DNA of 64,000 nt from Candidatus Nanohaloarchaea archaeon. GTDB lineage: Archaea; Nanohalarchaeota; Nanosalinia; Nanosalinales; Nanosalinaceae. The stretch lies in assembly GCA_041640035.1 (NCBI GenBank), contig JBEQBC010000002.1:1-64000 (forward strand). Reading direction: 5' to 3'. A program made the translations under genes and the position numbers. Positions 10,461-20,835 of this stretch are shown piece by piece (position 1 is the stretch's first letter; each line of letters opens with the position of its first letter). The notes under the pieces are model-generated. The model saw only the letters and a list, made by a program, of their open reading frames with translations. It did not search any database and was not told the origin of the DNA.

Positions 10461-11023
10461 ATCAAAACTATCTACTTATCGCGGCTTTCGCATTCGGCAT
10501 CGTAGCCGGAGCTACAGGAACACAGCTAGCAAATCTTAACGCACAGTCGGAACAACCAGTAGCCGGAAGTCAAAGCAATCTCTGGCAGGAGGAAATCTGG
10601 AATATCTCGTATTTAGCTAATAACTCAGATCTCGTCGTCAGAGGAACTGTTAAAGAGGTTCATGACAGTCAGTGGAGTACCTCTGACGGAGAAAGACCTG
10701 AGGAAATAGGCCGGAACACCATCTACCACACAGCGGATATTGATGTGGAGAGAACCTTGATGGGTGAAGAAGTCGATAACCTGACTCTGCGTGTAAGTGG
10801 CGGTACCGTCGGCAACTTGACCATGGGCTCATCTGACTCCCCTAGCTTCGTGGAAGGTGATGAGGCAATCATGTTCGTAGAATACGAGAAAAACCATTAC
10901 GAGCTATTTGGCAAGGCTCACGGCGTGTTCTACATCTCAGGCGATGAAGCAGTCAGGCGTAAAGCTCCTGCCAAATATCGGACAGTTGATTTGGATCAGC
11001 TTTCTGTAGATTCACTGAAATAA
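10457..11023 (+). CDS. Exported or membrane-anchored hypothetical protein
   Basis: Hydrophobic N-terminus; SDLVVRGTV...V..TL.G...LRVSGG beta-rich pattern; ATGA overlap with the upstream gene. Confidence 0.7.
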   Translation: MNQNYLLIAAFAFGIVAGATGTQLANLNAQSEQPVAGSQSNLWQEEIWNISYLANNSDLVVRGTVKEVHDSQWSTSDGERPEEIGRNTIYHTADIDVERTLMGEEVDNLTLRVSGGTVGNLTMGSSDSPSFVEGDEAIMFVEYEKNHYELFGKAHGVFYISGDEAVRRKAPAKYRTVDLDQLSVDSLK

Positions 11024-11140
11024 TTACACGGAATTCTATTCTCTAATTTTCTTATTTTATACATGAAAAAGGGCTTCGTGCCTATTGGCTTTTAAATCTT
11101 GTAACTTGATTCCTAGTATATAAACGGTGAACTTTGAAAT

Positions 11141-13324
11141 ATGTCAGATGAACTAGAGGCAATTAAGGGCGTAATTAACGACCCAGAACACATTCGTAAC
11201 ATTGCTATTGCAGCACACATCGACCACGGAAAAACTACACTAACAGACAACCTTCTTGCACGAGCAGGTATGATCTCGGAGAAGCTAGCTGGAGATCAGC
11301 GTTTCATGGACTTCGACGACCAGGAAGCAGAGAGAGGAATCACAATCTACTCTGCAAATGTTTCAATGGTCCACGAGCACAGCGGAGACGACTACCTAAT
11401 CAACCTTATCGACACACCAGGGCATGTCGACTTCGGAGGAGATGTAACCCGAGCTATGCGTGCAGTCGACGGAGTAATGGTTCTCGTCGACGCAGTTGAC
11501 GGAGTTATGCCACAGACAGAAACCGTCATGAAACAGGCAATCCAGGAAGGAGTTAAACCAGTACTATTCATCAACAAGGTCGACCGACTGATCGAGGAGA
11601 TGCAGCTCACCCCTGAAGAGATGCAAGAAAGATTCACCAAGATCATTCGAGAAGTCAACACAGCACTGCGAAAGTACGCAGATGAAGAAACAGCAGAAGA
11701 ATGGAAGATGAAGGTAGACAACGGAACAGTAGCCTTCGGATCAGCACTCAAAAACTGGGCGATCTCCGCTCCTTACATGCAGGAGACCGGAATCACATTC
11801 CAGGATATCATCGACCGAGTAAACGAAGGAGACCACGAAGGTCTCGCAAACGACGCACCGATCGAAGAAGTAACACTGGACATGGTAGTCCAGCACCTAG
11901 TCAACCCACAGGAATCCGCAGAATGGAGAATTCCAAAGGTATGGCCAGGAGACCCTGAAAGCGAAACAGGACAAGAACTTCAGAAAGGAGACGAAGACGG
12001 ACCACTAGTAGGAGTCGTAACAAATGTTGAAGACGACGAACACGCAGGAACAATCGTCACAGCACGACTCTTCAGTGGAACAGTAAGAGAAGGAGACGAA
12101 CTATACGGACTGGGAAGCCAGAAGACCGAAAGAGCACAGCAGGTCGGAATTTACTCCGGACCAAGAAAGCTGATGGTCGACGAAGTACCAGCCGGAAACA
12201 TCGTAGCAATCACAGGACCAGACTTCTCAACAGGAGAAACATTCATCCTTGACGGAGAAGACGAGATCGAGGCATTCGAACAGATCGAGCATGTCTTCGA
12301 ACCAGTTGTTACGAAATCAATCGAGCCAGAGCGTACAAGCGATCTTCCAAAGCTCATCGAAACACTGCGTAAACGAGCAAAGGAAGACAACACCATCAAA
12401 GTCGATATCGACGAGGAAACAGGAGAAACACTTGTATCCGGACTCGGAGAACTACATATCGAGGCAAAGGTCGAAAGACACCTTGAAGAGAAAGGAATCG
12501 ACATCAATGTCTCCGAACCAATCGTTGTATTCCGTGAAGGAATCAGCGAATCAAGCGAAGTACTCGAAGGAAAGTCCCCTAACCGGCACAACAAACTTGA
12601 GATCAGCGTAGAACCTCTAGATGAAGGAGTCAGAGAATTCCTCAAGGAAGAATACGAAGACATCAAGAAGCAGGCAGACGACGAAACAGAAGTCAGAGAC
12701 GCACTAGTCGACGCAGGACTGGAACAGGACGAAGCCGACAACATCATGGACGCTTACGAAGAGAACCTGTTCATCAACGCATCAAGAGGAATCAAGAACC
12801 TGCGAGAAATCCAAGAGTACCTTGTAGACGCTTTCCATGAATTCTGCGACGAAGGACCTCTAGCCAACGAACCAGTAATCGGACTGAAGGTCAAGCTTCA
12901 CGACGCAAAGCTGCACGAGGACGCAATCCACAGAGGACCAGCACAGATGATCCCAGCAACCAAGAACGCAATGAGAAACGGATTCCTCACATCCGGACCA
13001 CGACTCATCGAGCCAAAACAGAAGATGAGAATCGACACACCAAGCGAGACCATGGGAGAAGCAATGACAGAAGTCTCCAACCGCCGTGGAGATGTAATCA
13101 ACATGGAAGAAGAAGGAGGAAGCTCAGTCATCAAATGTAAGCTTCCAGTCGAAGAACTGTTCGGATTCGAAGCAGCACTCAAGTCCGCAACAAACGGAAA
13201 AGGATTCTTCAGCCTGATCGACATCCTATTCGAACCTCTTCCAAGAAACCTTCAGGAAGAGAAGATCATGGAGATCCGAGAGCGGAAAGGCATGAAACAG
13301 GAAATGCCATCAACAGAGGAATAA
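11141..13324 (+). CDS. fusA: Elongation factor 2 (aEF-2)
   Basis: AHIDHGKTT, ERGITI, DTPGHVDF, NKVD, and diphthamide loop HEDAIHRG. Confidence 0.98.
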   Translation: MSDELEAIKGVINDPEHIRNIAIAAHIDHGKTTLTDNLLARAGMISEKLAGDQRFMDFDDQEAERGITIYSANVSMVHEHSGDDYLINLIDTPGHVDFGGDVTRAMRAVDGVMVLVDAVDGVMPQTETVMKQAIQEGVKPVLFINKVDRLIEEMQLTPEEMQERFTKIIREVNTALRKYADEETAEEWKMKVDNGTVAFGSALKNWAISAPYMQETGITFQDIIDRVNEGDHEGLANDAPIEEVTLDMVVQHLVNPQESAEWRIPKVWPGDPESETGQELQKGDEDGPLVGVVTNVEDDEHAGTIVTARLFSGTVREGDELYGLGSQKTERAQQVGIYSGPRKLMVDEVPAGNIVAITGPDFSTGETFILDGEDEIEAFEQIEHVFEPVVTKSIEPERTSDLPKLIETLRKRAKEDNTIKVDIDEETGETLVSGLGELHIEAKVERHLEEKGIDINVSEPIVVFREGISESSEVLEGKSPNRHNKLEISVEPLDEGVREFLKEEYEDIKKQADDETEVRDALVDAGLEQDEADNIMDAYEENLFINASRGIKNLREIQEYLVDAFHEFCDEGPLANEPVIGLKVKLHDAKLHEDAIHRGPAQMIPATKNAMRNGFLTSGPRLIEPKQKMRIDTPSETMGEAMTEVSNRRGDVINMEEEGGSSVIKCKLPVEELFGFEAALKSATNGKGFFSLIDILFEPLPRNLQEEKIMEIRERKGMKQEMPSTEE

Positions 13325-13411
13325 AACCCCTCTAACACATATCTTCTTTCCTTTAATTTTTGCTTCAGCTTTCAGGAAGTTTTTTCTACACCGAACATGC
13401 TCAACTAAACT

Positions 13412-13789
13412 GTGCGAGACTACCTGAACCTCGGTCTTGTAATAGTAGTAATAGGAACGATTGCCTACCTTAGCACAGGAGATATATCAGCGCCTTCAGG
13501 AGCTGCACCAGTCGGTCACTTCCTAATGTACTTCGGTCTGGCAGGAAGCTTCCTTCTTTACTTCCATGACAAAAAGCATACTCACATAGATGCAGTGATT
13601 CTAGCGGTTCTAACAGGTTTGTTCTTTGAACTGTTGCAGAGCAGGATTCCTTACAGGACTTTCTCACTGGTTGATGCAGCGGTTAATACTGCGGGCGCCA
13701 GTCTAGTACTATTCGAGAAACATTTGCCTATGGTGCATCGTGTCGTTGAGTTTGAGGACAGAATTATTGAATCGATACTCGAGGATTAG
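13412..13789 (+). CDS. VanZ family membrane protein
   Basis: GHFLMYFGL...ELLQSRIPYRTFSLVDAAVNTAG. Confidence 0.8.
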   Translation: MRDYLNLGLVIVVIGTIAYLSTGDISAPSGAAPVGHFLMYFGLAGSFLLYFHDKKHTHIDAVILAVLTGLFFELLQSRIPYRTFSLVDAAVNTAGASLVLFEKHLPMVHRVVEFEDRIIESILED

Positions 13790-13912
13790 CCTTAACCGGG
13801 TTAAACAGGCTTCAGCAGATGTTGGTGTATACGCGTCGGTGTACTTACGAAACCCTTTTTAAAGTTTAACAGGCTAATCGGGTTATATACGCACTATAGG
13901 TGAAAATCAAAA

Positions 13913-15199
13913 ATGGCAGACAAACCACACATTAACCTAGTATTTATAGGACATGTAGATCACGGTAAATCCACAACAATTGGAAGACTACTCTGGGACA
14001 CAGAGAATCTTCCAGAAGAAGAAATGCGAAAGCTCGAAGAAGCTGCTGAAGAAGCAGGTAAGGAAACATTCAACTTCGCGTTCGCAATGGACTCTCTGGA
14101 GGAAGAAAGAGAAAGAGGAGTTACAATCGACCTCGCACACAAAGAGTTCGATTCAGATAACTACTTCTTCACAATCATCGACGCACCAGGGCACCGAGAC
14201 TTCATTAAAAACATGATCACAGGAGCTTCCCAGGCAGACGCTGGAGTTCTAGTAGTCGCAGCAGACGACGGAATTCAGCCGCAGACCAAGGAACATGCAT
14301 ACCTTGCAAAGACACTGGGAATCGACCAGCTTGTTGTAGCAGTCAACAAGATGGATCTCAAGGATTACGAAGAAGATGGCTTCAACGAAATTAAGGACGA
14401 AGTTTCCGAGATGATCCAGGGAGTCGGTTACGACACATCTGAAATCGATTTCGTACCTATCTCCAGCTTCGAAGGCGACGGCGTTGTAGAAGAAGGAGAA
14501 GACCTAGGATGGTACGACGGTCCAACACTAATCGAAGCACTAGACGACCTAGAAGAACCTGAAAAGGCAATCGACCTACCAACACGCATCCCAGTACAGG
14601 ATGTCTACAAGATCTCCGGAATCGGAGCAGTAGCAGTAGGACGAGTAGAAACAGGAGACATCAGCCAGGGAGACGATGTAGTCTTCGAACCAGCAAGCAC
14701 ACGACTCAACCAGAACATCGGTGGAGAAGTCAAGACCATCGAAATGCACCACGAAGAAGTCGAAAGCGCTGAACCTGGAGACAACATCGGATGGAACACC
14801 CGAGGCGTCGGACAGGACGATGTCAAGAAAGGAGATGTTGCAGGACACGCAGATAACCCGCCTACAGTTGTAGAAAGCTTTGAAGCTCAGGTTATCGTCC
14901 TCAACCACCCTAATGTCATCAGCGAAGGATACACACCTGTATTCCATGTCAACACAGCACAGGTCTCATGTACCTTCACAGACATCAAGTCCACAATGAA
15001 TCCAAAGACAGGAGAGACACTTGAAGAAGACCCAGATTATGTAAAGCAGGGTCAGGCAGCAATCGTAGAGATCACACCGCAGCAGGACCTCGTTATTGAA
15101 GAGAACGACGAGATCCCACAGATGGCACGATTTGCTATCCGAGACATGGGACAGACAGTTGGAGCCGGTCAGGCTCTAGAAGTCAACGAGAAGGAATAA
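13913..15199 (+). CDS. tuf: Elongation factor 1-alpha (aEF-1A)
   Basis: GHVDHGKST, ERERGVTID, DAPGHRDFIKNMITG, NKMD, RFAIRDMGQTVG. Confidence 0.98.
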   Translation: MADKPHINLVFIGHVDHGKSTTIGRLLWDTENLPEEEMRKLEEAAEEAGKETFNFAFAMDSLEEERERGVTIDLAHKEFDSDNYFFTIIDAPGHRDFIKNMITGASQADAGVLVVAADDGIQPQTKEHAYLAKTLGIDQLVVAVNKMDLKDYEEDGFNEIKDEVSEMIQGVGYDTSEIDFVPISSFEGDGVVEEGEDLGWYDGPTLIEALDDLEEPEKAIDLPTRIPVQDVYKISGIGAVAVGRVETGDISQGDDVVFEPASTRLNQNIGGEVKTIEMHHEEVESAEPGDNIGWNTRGVGQDDVKKGDVAGHADNPPTVVESFEAQVIVLNHPNVISEGYTPVFHVNTAQVSCTFTDIKSTMNPKTGETLEEDPDYVKQGQAAIVEITPQQDLVIEENDEIPQMARFAIRDMGQTVGAGQALEVNEKE

Positions 15200-15250
15200 A
15201 TTCTTCCTTCTTTCCCATTTATCTCACACTCTCTTCTTTTTCCATTTCTA
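15200..15250 (+). terminator. Pyrimidine-rich putative terminator after tuf
   Basis: TTCTTCCTTCTTTCCCATTT...CTCTTCTTTTTCC directly after the stop; similar tracts follow most operons here. Confidence 0.5.
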
Positions 15251-15361
15251 ATTACTCATTAGCTAGATTTTTGACAAAATACTGCTCAGTACTTGCTGGA
15301 TTTGATATTCTACCGACGATGAATTGAACCATTTATAAGATTTAAGTTCCGATGTATCCGT

Positions 15362-15670
15362 ATGCAGAAGGCACGCGTAAGATTAAGAAGCACTGACCAG
15401 AAGAAGGTTCAGGATCTGGCAGATGAAATACTAGATATCGGAGACGAATACGATGCTGAAGTATCAGGACCTGTACCACTTCCAACAGATAAACTAGAGA
15501 TCCCAACTCGAAAAGCACCAGACGGAGAAGGGGCTTCAACCTTCGAAAGATACGAGATGCATGTCCACAAGCGACTCATCGATCTTACAGAGAGCGAGAG
15601 AGCTTTACGACAGGTAATGCGTGTGCATGTACCTGAAGGAGTAGACATCGAAATCGAACTTATCGAATAA
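15362..15670 (+). CDS. rps10: 30S ribosomal protein S10 (uS10)
   Basis: SGPVPLPT, TRKAPDGEG, YEMHVHKRLID. Confidence 0.97.
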   Translation: MQKARVRLRSTDQKKVQDLADEILDIGDEYDAEVSGPVPLPTDKLEIPTRKAPDGEGASTFERYEMHVHKRLIDLTESERALRQVMRVHVPEGVDIEIELIE

Positions 15671-15796
15671 ACTTTCTAACCAGTCTACCCTTTCCTACTT
15701 AATTAATCCTCTTTCATTTCTACATCCAGCGGTTTTCCGCTTCTAATTTAAAGCTTCCATAAGACTTCAATTATACAGTTTTCAACCAGCCTAACT

Positions 15797-15883
15797 GCCG
15801 GAGTGACTGAGTGGCTAAAGGTGCCAGCCTGGAAAGCTGGTGACCCATCCCGGGTCTCCTGGGTTCAAATCCCAGCTCCGGCG
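15797..15883 (+). tRNA. tRNA-Ser(GGA)
   Basis: Acceptor GCCGGAG/CTCCGGC, anticodon arm CCAGC-CTGGAAA-GCTGG, long variable arm, T loop TTCAAAT; CCA not encoded. Confidence 0.95.
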
Positions 15884-15969
15884 TAAACTTTCTTGCCGAG
15901 ATTAAAGAGTTGTTACTTCTTGAGAATAATTTAAAAGAAAGCAGAAATAATCTGTGCATAGAACCTACA

Positions 15970-16926
15970 ATGAGCGTATCTAAAGCACTAAACAACTTGG
16001 CGGATGCACTAGGCACTATGAACTCTCTTCTTGAAGAAGTTCAAAAGGAGGAAAAGCAGGTTGAGAAAGATGAGAAAAAGGAGAAAAGGCTGATAGAAAA
16101 AGCCGAAGGCGGACAGCTAACTCAGAAGATAATTAACGGTCTTGAACAGGGAGAAGAGAAAATCGCCAAGGAAGATGACCAGCTAACACAGTCAATGGAA
16201 AAACTCGTGGGAGAAACAGGTCAAAGTGTGAAACTTGTATCAAATGCGGTAAATGAGATACATCAAGAAGAAGAACAGGAAGATCAAGAAATACAGCAAG
16301 TACAGTCCGAAATCCAACAGGTTCATCAGCAAGGACTCACTCAGGAATCCTTACAGGAAATAATGGGCCAACTGATGCAGATGGCAGATCAACTGATGCA
16401 AGAAGCCAATCAAGAAATGGAACTAGCGAAGGAAAGCGACCAGCTAGGCGCGGACATGGAGAAAGAAGCTCAAGAAACGATAGAGAAAGAAAAAATCGAG
16501 GACATGGCAGAAAAAGAAGAAAAAGAAGAGGAAAAAATCGCCAAATCCACTCACAACAAAGAACTAGCTGAGGAAACAAAACAGGCAGAGCAACATACTG
16601 CTCAAGACGAGAAAGAAGACAAGAAGATGGAGAAAAAAGAAGTCCAAGAGGACGAAGAATTCGAACAGGACATGGAGAACCTGATGAAAGAAGCAGAACA
16701 CACCATTGAAGAAGCAGAAAAGATAGAGCAGGAGGCCCAAGAACTGGAACAGGAAGCTGAAGGCTCTCCATTGATGAATGAACAGGTCGGAAACGCATTC
16801 CAGCAAGTATTCGGAGAGGCAGAGAAAGCTGAAAAAGAAGCAAAGCAAGCTGAAAAAGGCGCACAGGAAGCAGAACAGGAAGCTGAAGAAGCAGAGCAGA
16901 TGGAGAAAAAGGCAGCTCAGGACTAG
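15970..16926 (+). CDS. E/Q/K-rich all-helical (coiled-coil) hypothetical protein
   Basis: Long ORF from ATG 15970 with heptad-like composition and almost no aromatic or Pro residues. Confidence 0.8.
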   Translation: MSVSKALNNLADALGTMNSLLEEVQKEEKQVEKDEKKEKRLIEKAEGGQLTQKIINGLEQGEEKIAKEDDQLTQSMEKLVGETGQSVKLVSNAVNEIHQEEEQEDQEIQQVQSEIQQVHQQGLTQESLQEIMGQLMQMADQLMQEANQEMELAKESDQLGADMEKEAQETIEKEKIEDMAEKEEKEEEKIAKSTHNKELAEETKQAEQHTAQDEKEDKKMEKKEVQEDEEFEQDMENLMKEAEHTIEEAEKIEQEAQELEQEAEGSPLMNEQVGNAFQQVFGEAEKAEKEAKQAEKGAQEAEQEAEEAEQMEKKAAQD

Positions 16927-17012
16927 ATATTCAAAAACCAGATTTTCTACAATTTTTTCTCTCATCCTTTCTCAATAAAAAAATTGGCTTTCATTAAGGA
17001 TTATACAAGCGC

Positions 17013-17085
17013 AGCCCCCTGGGGTAGAGGTCAATCCTTTCGCGTTCTGGGCGCGAAGACGCAGGTTCGAATCCTGTGGGGGCTA
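17013..17085 (+). tRNA. tRNA-Gln(CTG)
   Basis: Acceptor AGCCCCC/GGGGGCT (A1-U72), anticodon arm TCGCG-TTCTGGG-CGCGA, T arm GCAGG-TTCGAAT-CCTGT. Confidence 0.93.
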
Positions 17086-17178
17086 TAGTTATCTTCTTTA
17101 TCTTAATTGATAGCGAAATAATAAAATCTAAGACTCTTAGACAAGTTTTTTTATGACAGAATTCCCGTAATATGCACT

Positions 17179-17739
17179 ATGGCATCAAGAAGCAATGATC
17201 TTGGCATAATGAAACACGGGTTCGATTTCTACAATTCTGTTAAGAATTACTCAGAACAGACAACCACAAAAAATAACCAGATGATAAAAGAAGCTAAAAA
17301 ACAACACGAAGAGCTAAGGGAGCTTGAAAGGGAGAACGAAGAGTTCATGGAAGCTCTACAAGGCATCCTTAATGAACTACATGAGATAGACGAACTTTCC
17401 GAGGATATAAAAGAGACTGAAGAGAACCTAGCTGAGATTGATGAGAGAGTCGAAAATTTGACGGTTGAAGAACAGTCGGACAGACATATAGAAAAACAGA
17501 AAAAGAAGATGAAGGAACATCTTATCGAGGATTTAGAGCAGCTCAAGACAGATCTTAAGGATCTTGATCAGAAGATAGAGGATGCCGAAAGGTTGATGGA
17601 TAAGATAGAGAATCAGTTAGAGGAGGAGGCCAAAAAAGAAAACAAGTGGTTGAAGATAGAGGATCATCTTGACGAAAAAACGAGAGAAATTGGAGAACAA
17701 ATAGATCAAGTAGAGAACCTGATAGACGAACATAGTTAG
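17179..17739 (+). CDS. Coiled-coil hypothetical protein
   Basis: 186-aa acidic ORF with heptad pattern, between two tRNA-Gln genes. Confidence 0.75.
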   Translation: MASRSNDLGIMKHGFDFYNSVKNYSEQTTTKNNQMIKEAKKQHEELRELERENEEFMEALQGILNELHEIDELSEDIKETEENLAEIDERVENLTVEEQSDRHIEKQKKKMKEHLIEDLEQLKTDLKDLDQKIEDAERLMDKIENQLEEEAKKENKWLKIEDHLDEKTREIGEQIDQVENLIDEHS

Positions 17740-17840
17740 AGAAAAAGCAAAACCGGCTTCTTATTTACCTCTCCAGTTTTTCCAACCATATTTCTACTCC
17801 TTTCTTAAGTCTTCATCTAAAAGCTGGAATTTAGAAGTAC

Positions 17841-17913
17841 AGCCCCATAGCATAGTGGTCAAGTGCACCGGCCTTTGGAGCCGGCGACCCCGGTTCGAAT
17901 CCGGGTGGGGCTA
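17841..17913 (+). tRNA. tRNA-Gln(TTG)
   Basis: Acceptor AGCCCCA/TGGGGCT, anticodon arm CCGGC-CTTTGGA-GCCGG, T arm CCCGG-TTCGAAT-CCGGG. Confidence 0.95.
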
Positions 17914-17978
17914 CTCCACTTTCCTATACCAAAAGCTTACAAACAAGAGAAATACAGGTATAAACAGGTCTTAAATCT

Positions 17979-18974
17979 ATGATCAACAGGCAGAAATCAT
18001 TCCTCATACTTTCTCTGACAGTAGTTCTTGGAATCTGCCTTCTCATGGTCATGCCTTACCTCGGATACATCTTGACCGGTATAATCTTGGCATTCATGCT
18101 GAAACCAGTGAAAAACAGGCTGGACAGCTACATCAAACACAGCTCAACAGCCACCGTATTACTGACAGTACTTATGGCTTTACTACCAGTAATGATTCTT
18201 CTCGGCGTAGTAACCGATGACGCAGCACAGATAGTGAACTCTATCGATCAGCAAAACCTCAGCCTCGGATTTATAGAGGAAAGGATATCGGCTTTCACAG
18301 GACAGGAAATCAACATCGAGGAAAGAATCAAATCCTCGATTGAAACAATCGGAAGCACTATCCTCAGCAGCACATCACAGATAGTTGACCTTGCAAGCGG
18401 ATTCAGCATCGGAATATCAATACTACTATTCACACAGTACTACGCACTGAAACAGGGAGAAGAAATCGTAGAATGGACCAAGAAGCTAGATGTGATACCT
18501 GACGACATCCAGGAAGCACTGTACAGTAAAACAGCTAACACCACACATACCGTGATAGAAGGACATGTGGTAACGGCCATGGCCTCCGGACTGGTCGCAG
18601 GAATCGGCTTCCTACTCACCGGTGTACCAAATGTCGCTTTCTGGACATTCATGATGATGATACTCGGCCTGATACCATTGATAGGAACAGCATTGATCTG
18701 GGCGCCAGCCGCATTATACCTGTTAATCAGCGGTCAGACAGTAGCCGGAGCAGTCCTGCTCATCTACGGAGTAGCGGTAGTAGGCTCAGTTGACAACTTC
18801 CTAAGACCTTTCCTCGTGGATGAGGACGCAGATCTACATCCGATCTTCATCATCCTAGGAGTGATCGGCGGTATAGGAGTATTCGGACCGATCGGAATCT
18901 TCGTAGGACCTGTAATGTTCGGTATAGCAAAGTCCCTGATCAAGGTCTACATGGATAACTACGACCAGCTCTGA
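17979..18974 (+). CDS. AI-2E family transporter (PerM-like)
   Basis: Multi-TM; IPLIGTALIWAP, DNFLRP, LHP...GVIGG...FG..GIFVGP. Confidence 0.9.
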   Translation: MINRQKSFLILSLTVVLGICLLMVMPYLGYILTGIILAFMLKPVKNRLDSYIKHSSTATVLLTVLMALLPVMILLGVVTDDAAQIVNSIDQQNLSLGFIEERISAFTGQEINIEERIKSSIETIGSTILSSTSQIVDLASGFSIGISILLFTQYYALKQGEEIVEWTKKLDVIPDDIQEALYSKTANTTHTVIEGHVVTAMASGLVAGIGFLLTGVPNVAFWTFMMMILGLIPLIGTALIWAPAALYLLISGQTVAGAVLLIYGVAVVGSVDNFLRPFLVDEDADLHPIFIILGVIGGIGVFGPIGIFVGPVMFGIAKSLIKVYMDNYDQL

Positions 18975-19015
18975 GACAGTTGGAGACTTAACATTTTCCT
19001 TCTCTAATACTTGTT

Positions 19016-19297
19016 ATGACACAAGTTAAGGCATCACACATCCTTGTCGACAACGAGGAACACGCCAAACAGATCAAACTAGACCTTGAAAGAACCGATA
19101 AAAGCTTCGCAGAACTGGCTGAAGAGAAAAGCACAGGACCTTCCGCGGATAACGGAGGAGACCTAGGATGGTTCGGAAGAGGAGACATGGTCAAACCTTT
19201 CGAGAAAGAGGTTTTCGATATGGATGAAGGGGAGATCAGCGACCCGGTTAAAACAGAGTTTGGATGGCATCTCATCAAGAAGACCGGAGAAAAGTAA
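19016..19297 (+). CDS. Parvulin-type peptidyl-prolyl isomerase
   Basis: ASHILV, GGDLGWFGRGDMVKPFE, PVKTEFGWHLI. Confidence 0.93.
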   Translation: MTQVKASHILVDNEEHAKQIKLDLERTDKSFAELAEEKSTGPSADNGGDLGWFGRGDMVKPFEKEVFDMDEGEISDPVKTEFGWHLIKKTGEK

Positions 19298-19379
19298 AAA
19301 CAGGAAACCAGGTTTTTCACCCTTCTATTACACCTTTATAAAATTTAAGAGAAGAAATCAGTTGTACGGGTTCAAAAAC

Positions 19380-19868
19380 ATGTCTGAAGAAACACAGGTA
19401 AAAGAAGTTGTAAGAATAGCAAGAACAGGAATCAACGGTACACAGCCGGTAGGAAAAGCACTTACTGCATTAAAAGGAGTAGGCGATATGTACGCCAACG
19501 CAGTTGCAACATCAATGGACTTAGAAGATGTAAAAATCGGAACACTTGATGATGAAGAAATAGATAATATAGAAGAAAAACTTCAGAACCCGGAAGAACT
19601 TGAACTCCCTGACTGGATCCGAAACAGAAGAAAAGACTTGGAAACAGGAGACGACATCCACCTGATCGAATCCGACCTTGAACTTAAGGAAGAGTTCGAT
19701 ATCAGAAGAATGAAGGAAATCGACAGCTACAAAGGCTGGAGACACGAACAGGGACTACCTGTACGCGGACAGAAAACACAATCCAGCTTCAGATCCGGAA
19801 GCAAGATCGGAGTATCCAGAGCACGGATTCAAGAAGAAGCTTCCGAAGGCGGAGGAGACGAAGAATAG
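19380..19868 (+). CDS. rps13: 30S ribosomal protein S13 (uS13)
   Basis: VRIARTGING, WIRNRRKD, SYKGWRH..GLPVRGQKT; ATG at 19380. Confidence 0.96.
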   Translation: MSEETQVKEVVRIARTGINGTQPVGKALTALKGVGDMYANAVATSMDLEDVKIGTLDDEEIDNIEEKLQNPEELELPDWIRNRRKDLETGDDIHLIESDLELKEEFDIRRMKEIDSYKGWRHEQGLPVRGQKTQSSFRSGSKIGVSRARIQEEASEGGGDEE

Positions 19869-19882
19869 AATAGGTGATTACA

Positions 19883-20437
19883 ATGGTAAAGAAACTAAAG
19901 AAACAATACGAGACACCGAACGAAGGATGGGACGAGGAACGCATCCAGAACGAACACAACCTAATCGAAGAATACGGGCTTAAAAACAAGAAAGAAGTAT
20001 ACAAGGCACAGAGCCAGCTTCGAAGCATTCGAAGAGAAGCCCGAAAACTGAACGCATCCGACGACGAAGAACAGAGAGAGGACCTAATCAACAAGACACA
20101 GCGACTCGGACTGACAAAAAGCGATGCACAGCTAGAAGACATACTAACACTAAGAGTAGAGGACTTCCTTGACAGAAGACTGCAGACAGCAGTAAACCGT
20201 AGAGGATACAGCGACACAATCAAAGAAGCAAGACAGCTTGTAAGCCATGGACATGTCTATGTAGACGGACAGAAAGTCACGGTTCCAAGCTACCTACTCT
20301 CAACAACAGAAGAAAAGAACATCGAAGTGAATCTTCCTGAACCAAGTGAAGAAGAGGAAGCAGAGGACTCAGGAGAATCACAGGAAGAGACTGAAACCTC
20401 AGAAGAAAACGAAGAAGAGGAAGGTGAAGAACAATGA
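19883..20437 (+). CDS. rps4: 30S ribosomal protein S4 (uS4) with acidic tail
   Basis: [26 protein letters not shown]; AGGTGA SD before ATG 19883. Confidence 0.96.
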   Translation: MVKKLKKQYETPNEGWDEERIQNEHNLIEEYGLKNKKEVYKAQSQLRSIRREARKLNASDDEEQREDLINKTQRLGLTKSDAQLEDILTLRVEDFLDRRLQTAVNRRGYSDTIKEARQLVSHGHVYVDGQKVTVPSYLLSTTEEKNIEVNLPEPSEEEEAEDSGESQEETETSEENEEEEGEEQ

Positions 20438-20817
20438 CAAAGAAAGGACTAGTACACATTTACTCCAGCTTCAACAACACAATGGTACATATCACCGACG
20501 GCACAGGAGCAGAAACCCTTGCAAGAGTATCAGCAGGAATGGTAACAGACAAAGGCCGACTACAGGGCCAGCCATTCCCAGCAATGAAGGCAGCCAAACA
20601 GGCCGTCGAAGAAGCAATGGAGAAAGGAATCGAAAAAGTCGACATCCAGGTAAGAGCACCTGGAGGACAGAAAATGAAGATCCCCGGAAAGGGAGCACAG
20701 CCAGCAATCCGTGCAATCTCCCGATCAGATCTTGAGGTAGGTAACATCGAAGATGTAACACCTATCCCACACGACAGCTGCAGAGAAAAGGGCGGAAAGC
20801 GCGGAAGAAGAGTATAA
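20434..20817 (+). CDS. rps11: 30S ribosomal protein S11 (uS11)
   Basis: [30 protein letters not shown]. Confidence 0.96.
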   Translation: MTKKGLVHIYSSFNNTMVHITDGTGAETLARVSAGMVTDKGRLQGQPFPAMKAAKQAVEEAMEKGIEKVDIQVRAPGGQKMKIPGKGAQPAIRAISRSDLEVGNIEDVTPIPHDSCREKGGKRGRRV

Positions 20818-20835
20818 ACTAGAGGTATCCAAACT

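Noticed and set aside
17013-17913. Shared GGGGCTA 3' ends of the two tRNA-Gln genes as att sites of an integrated element
   Set aside because: Both are complete tRNAs with different anticodons, and no integrase is present.
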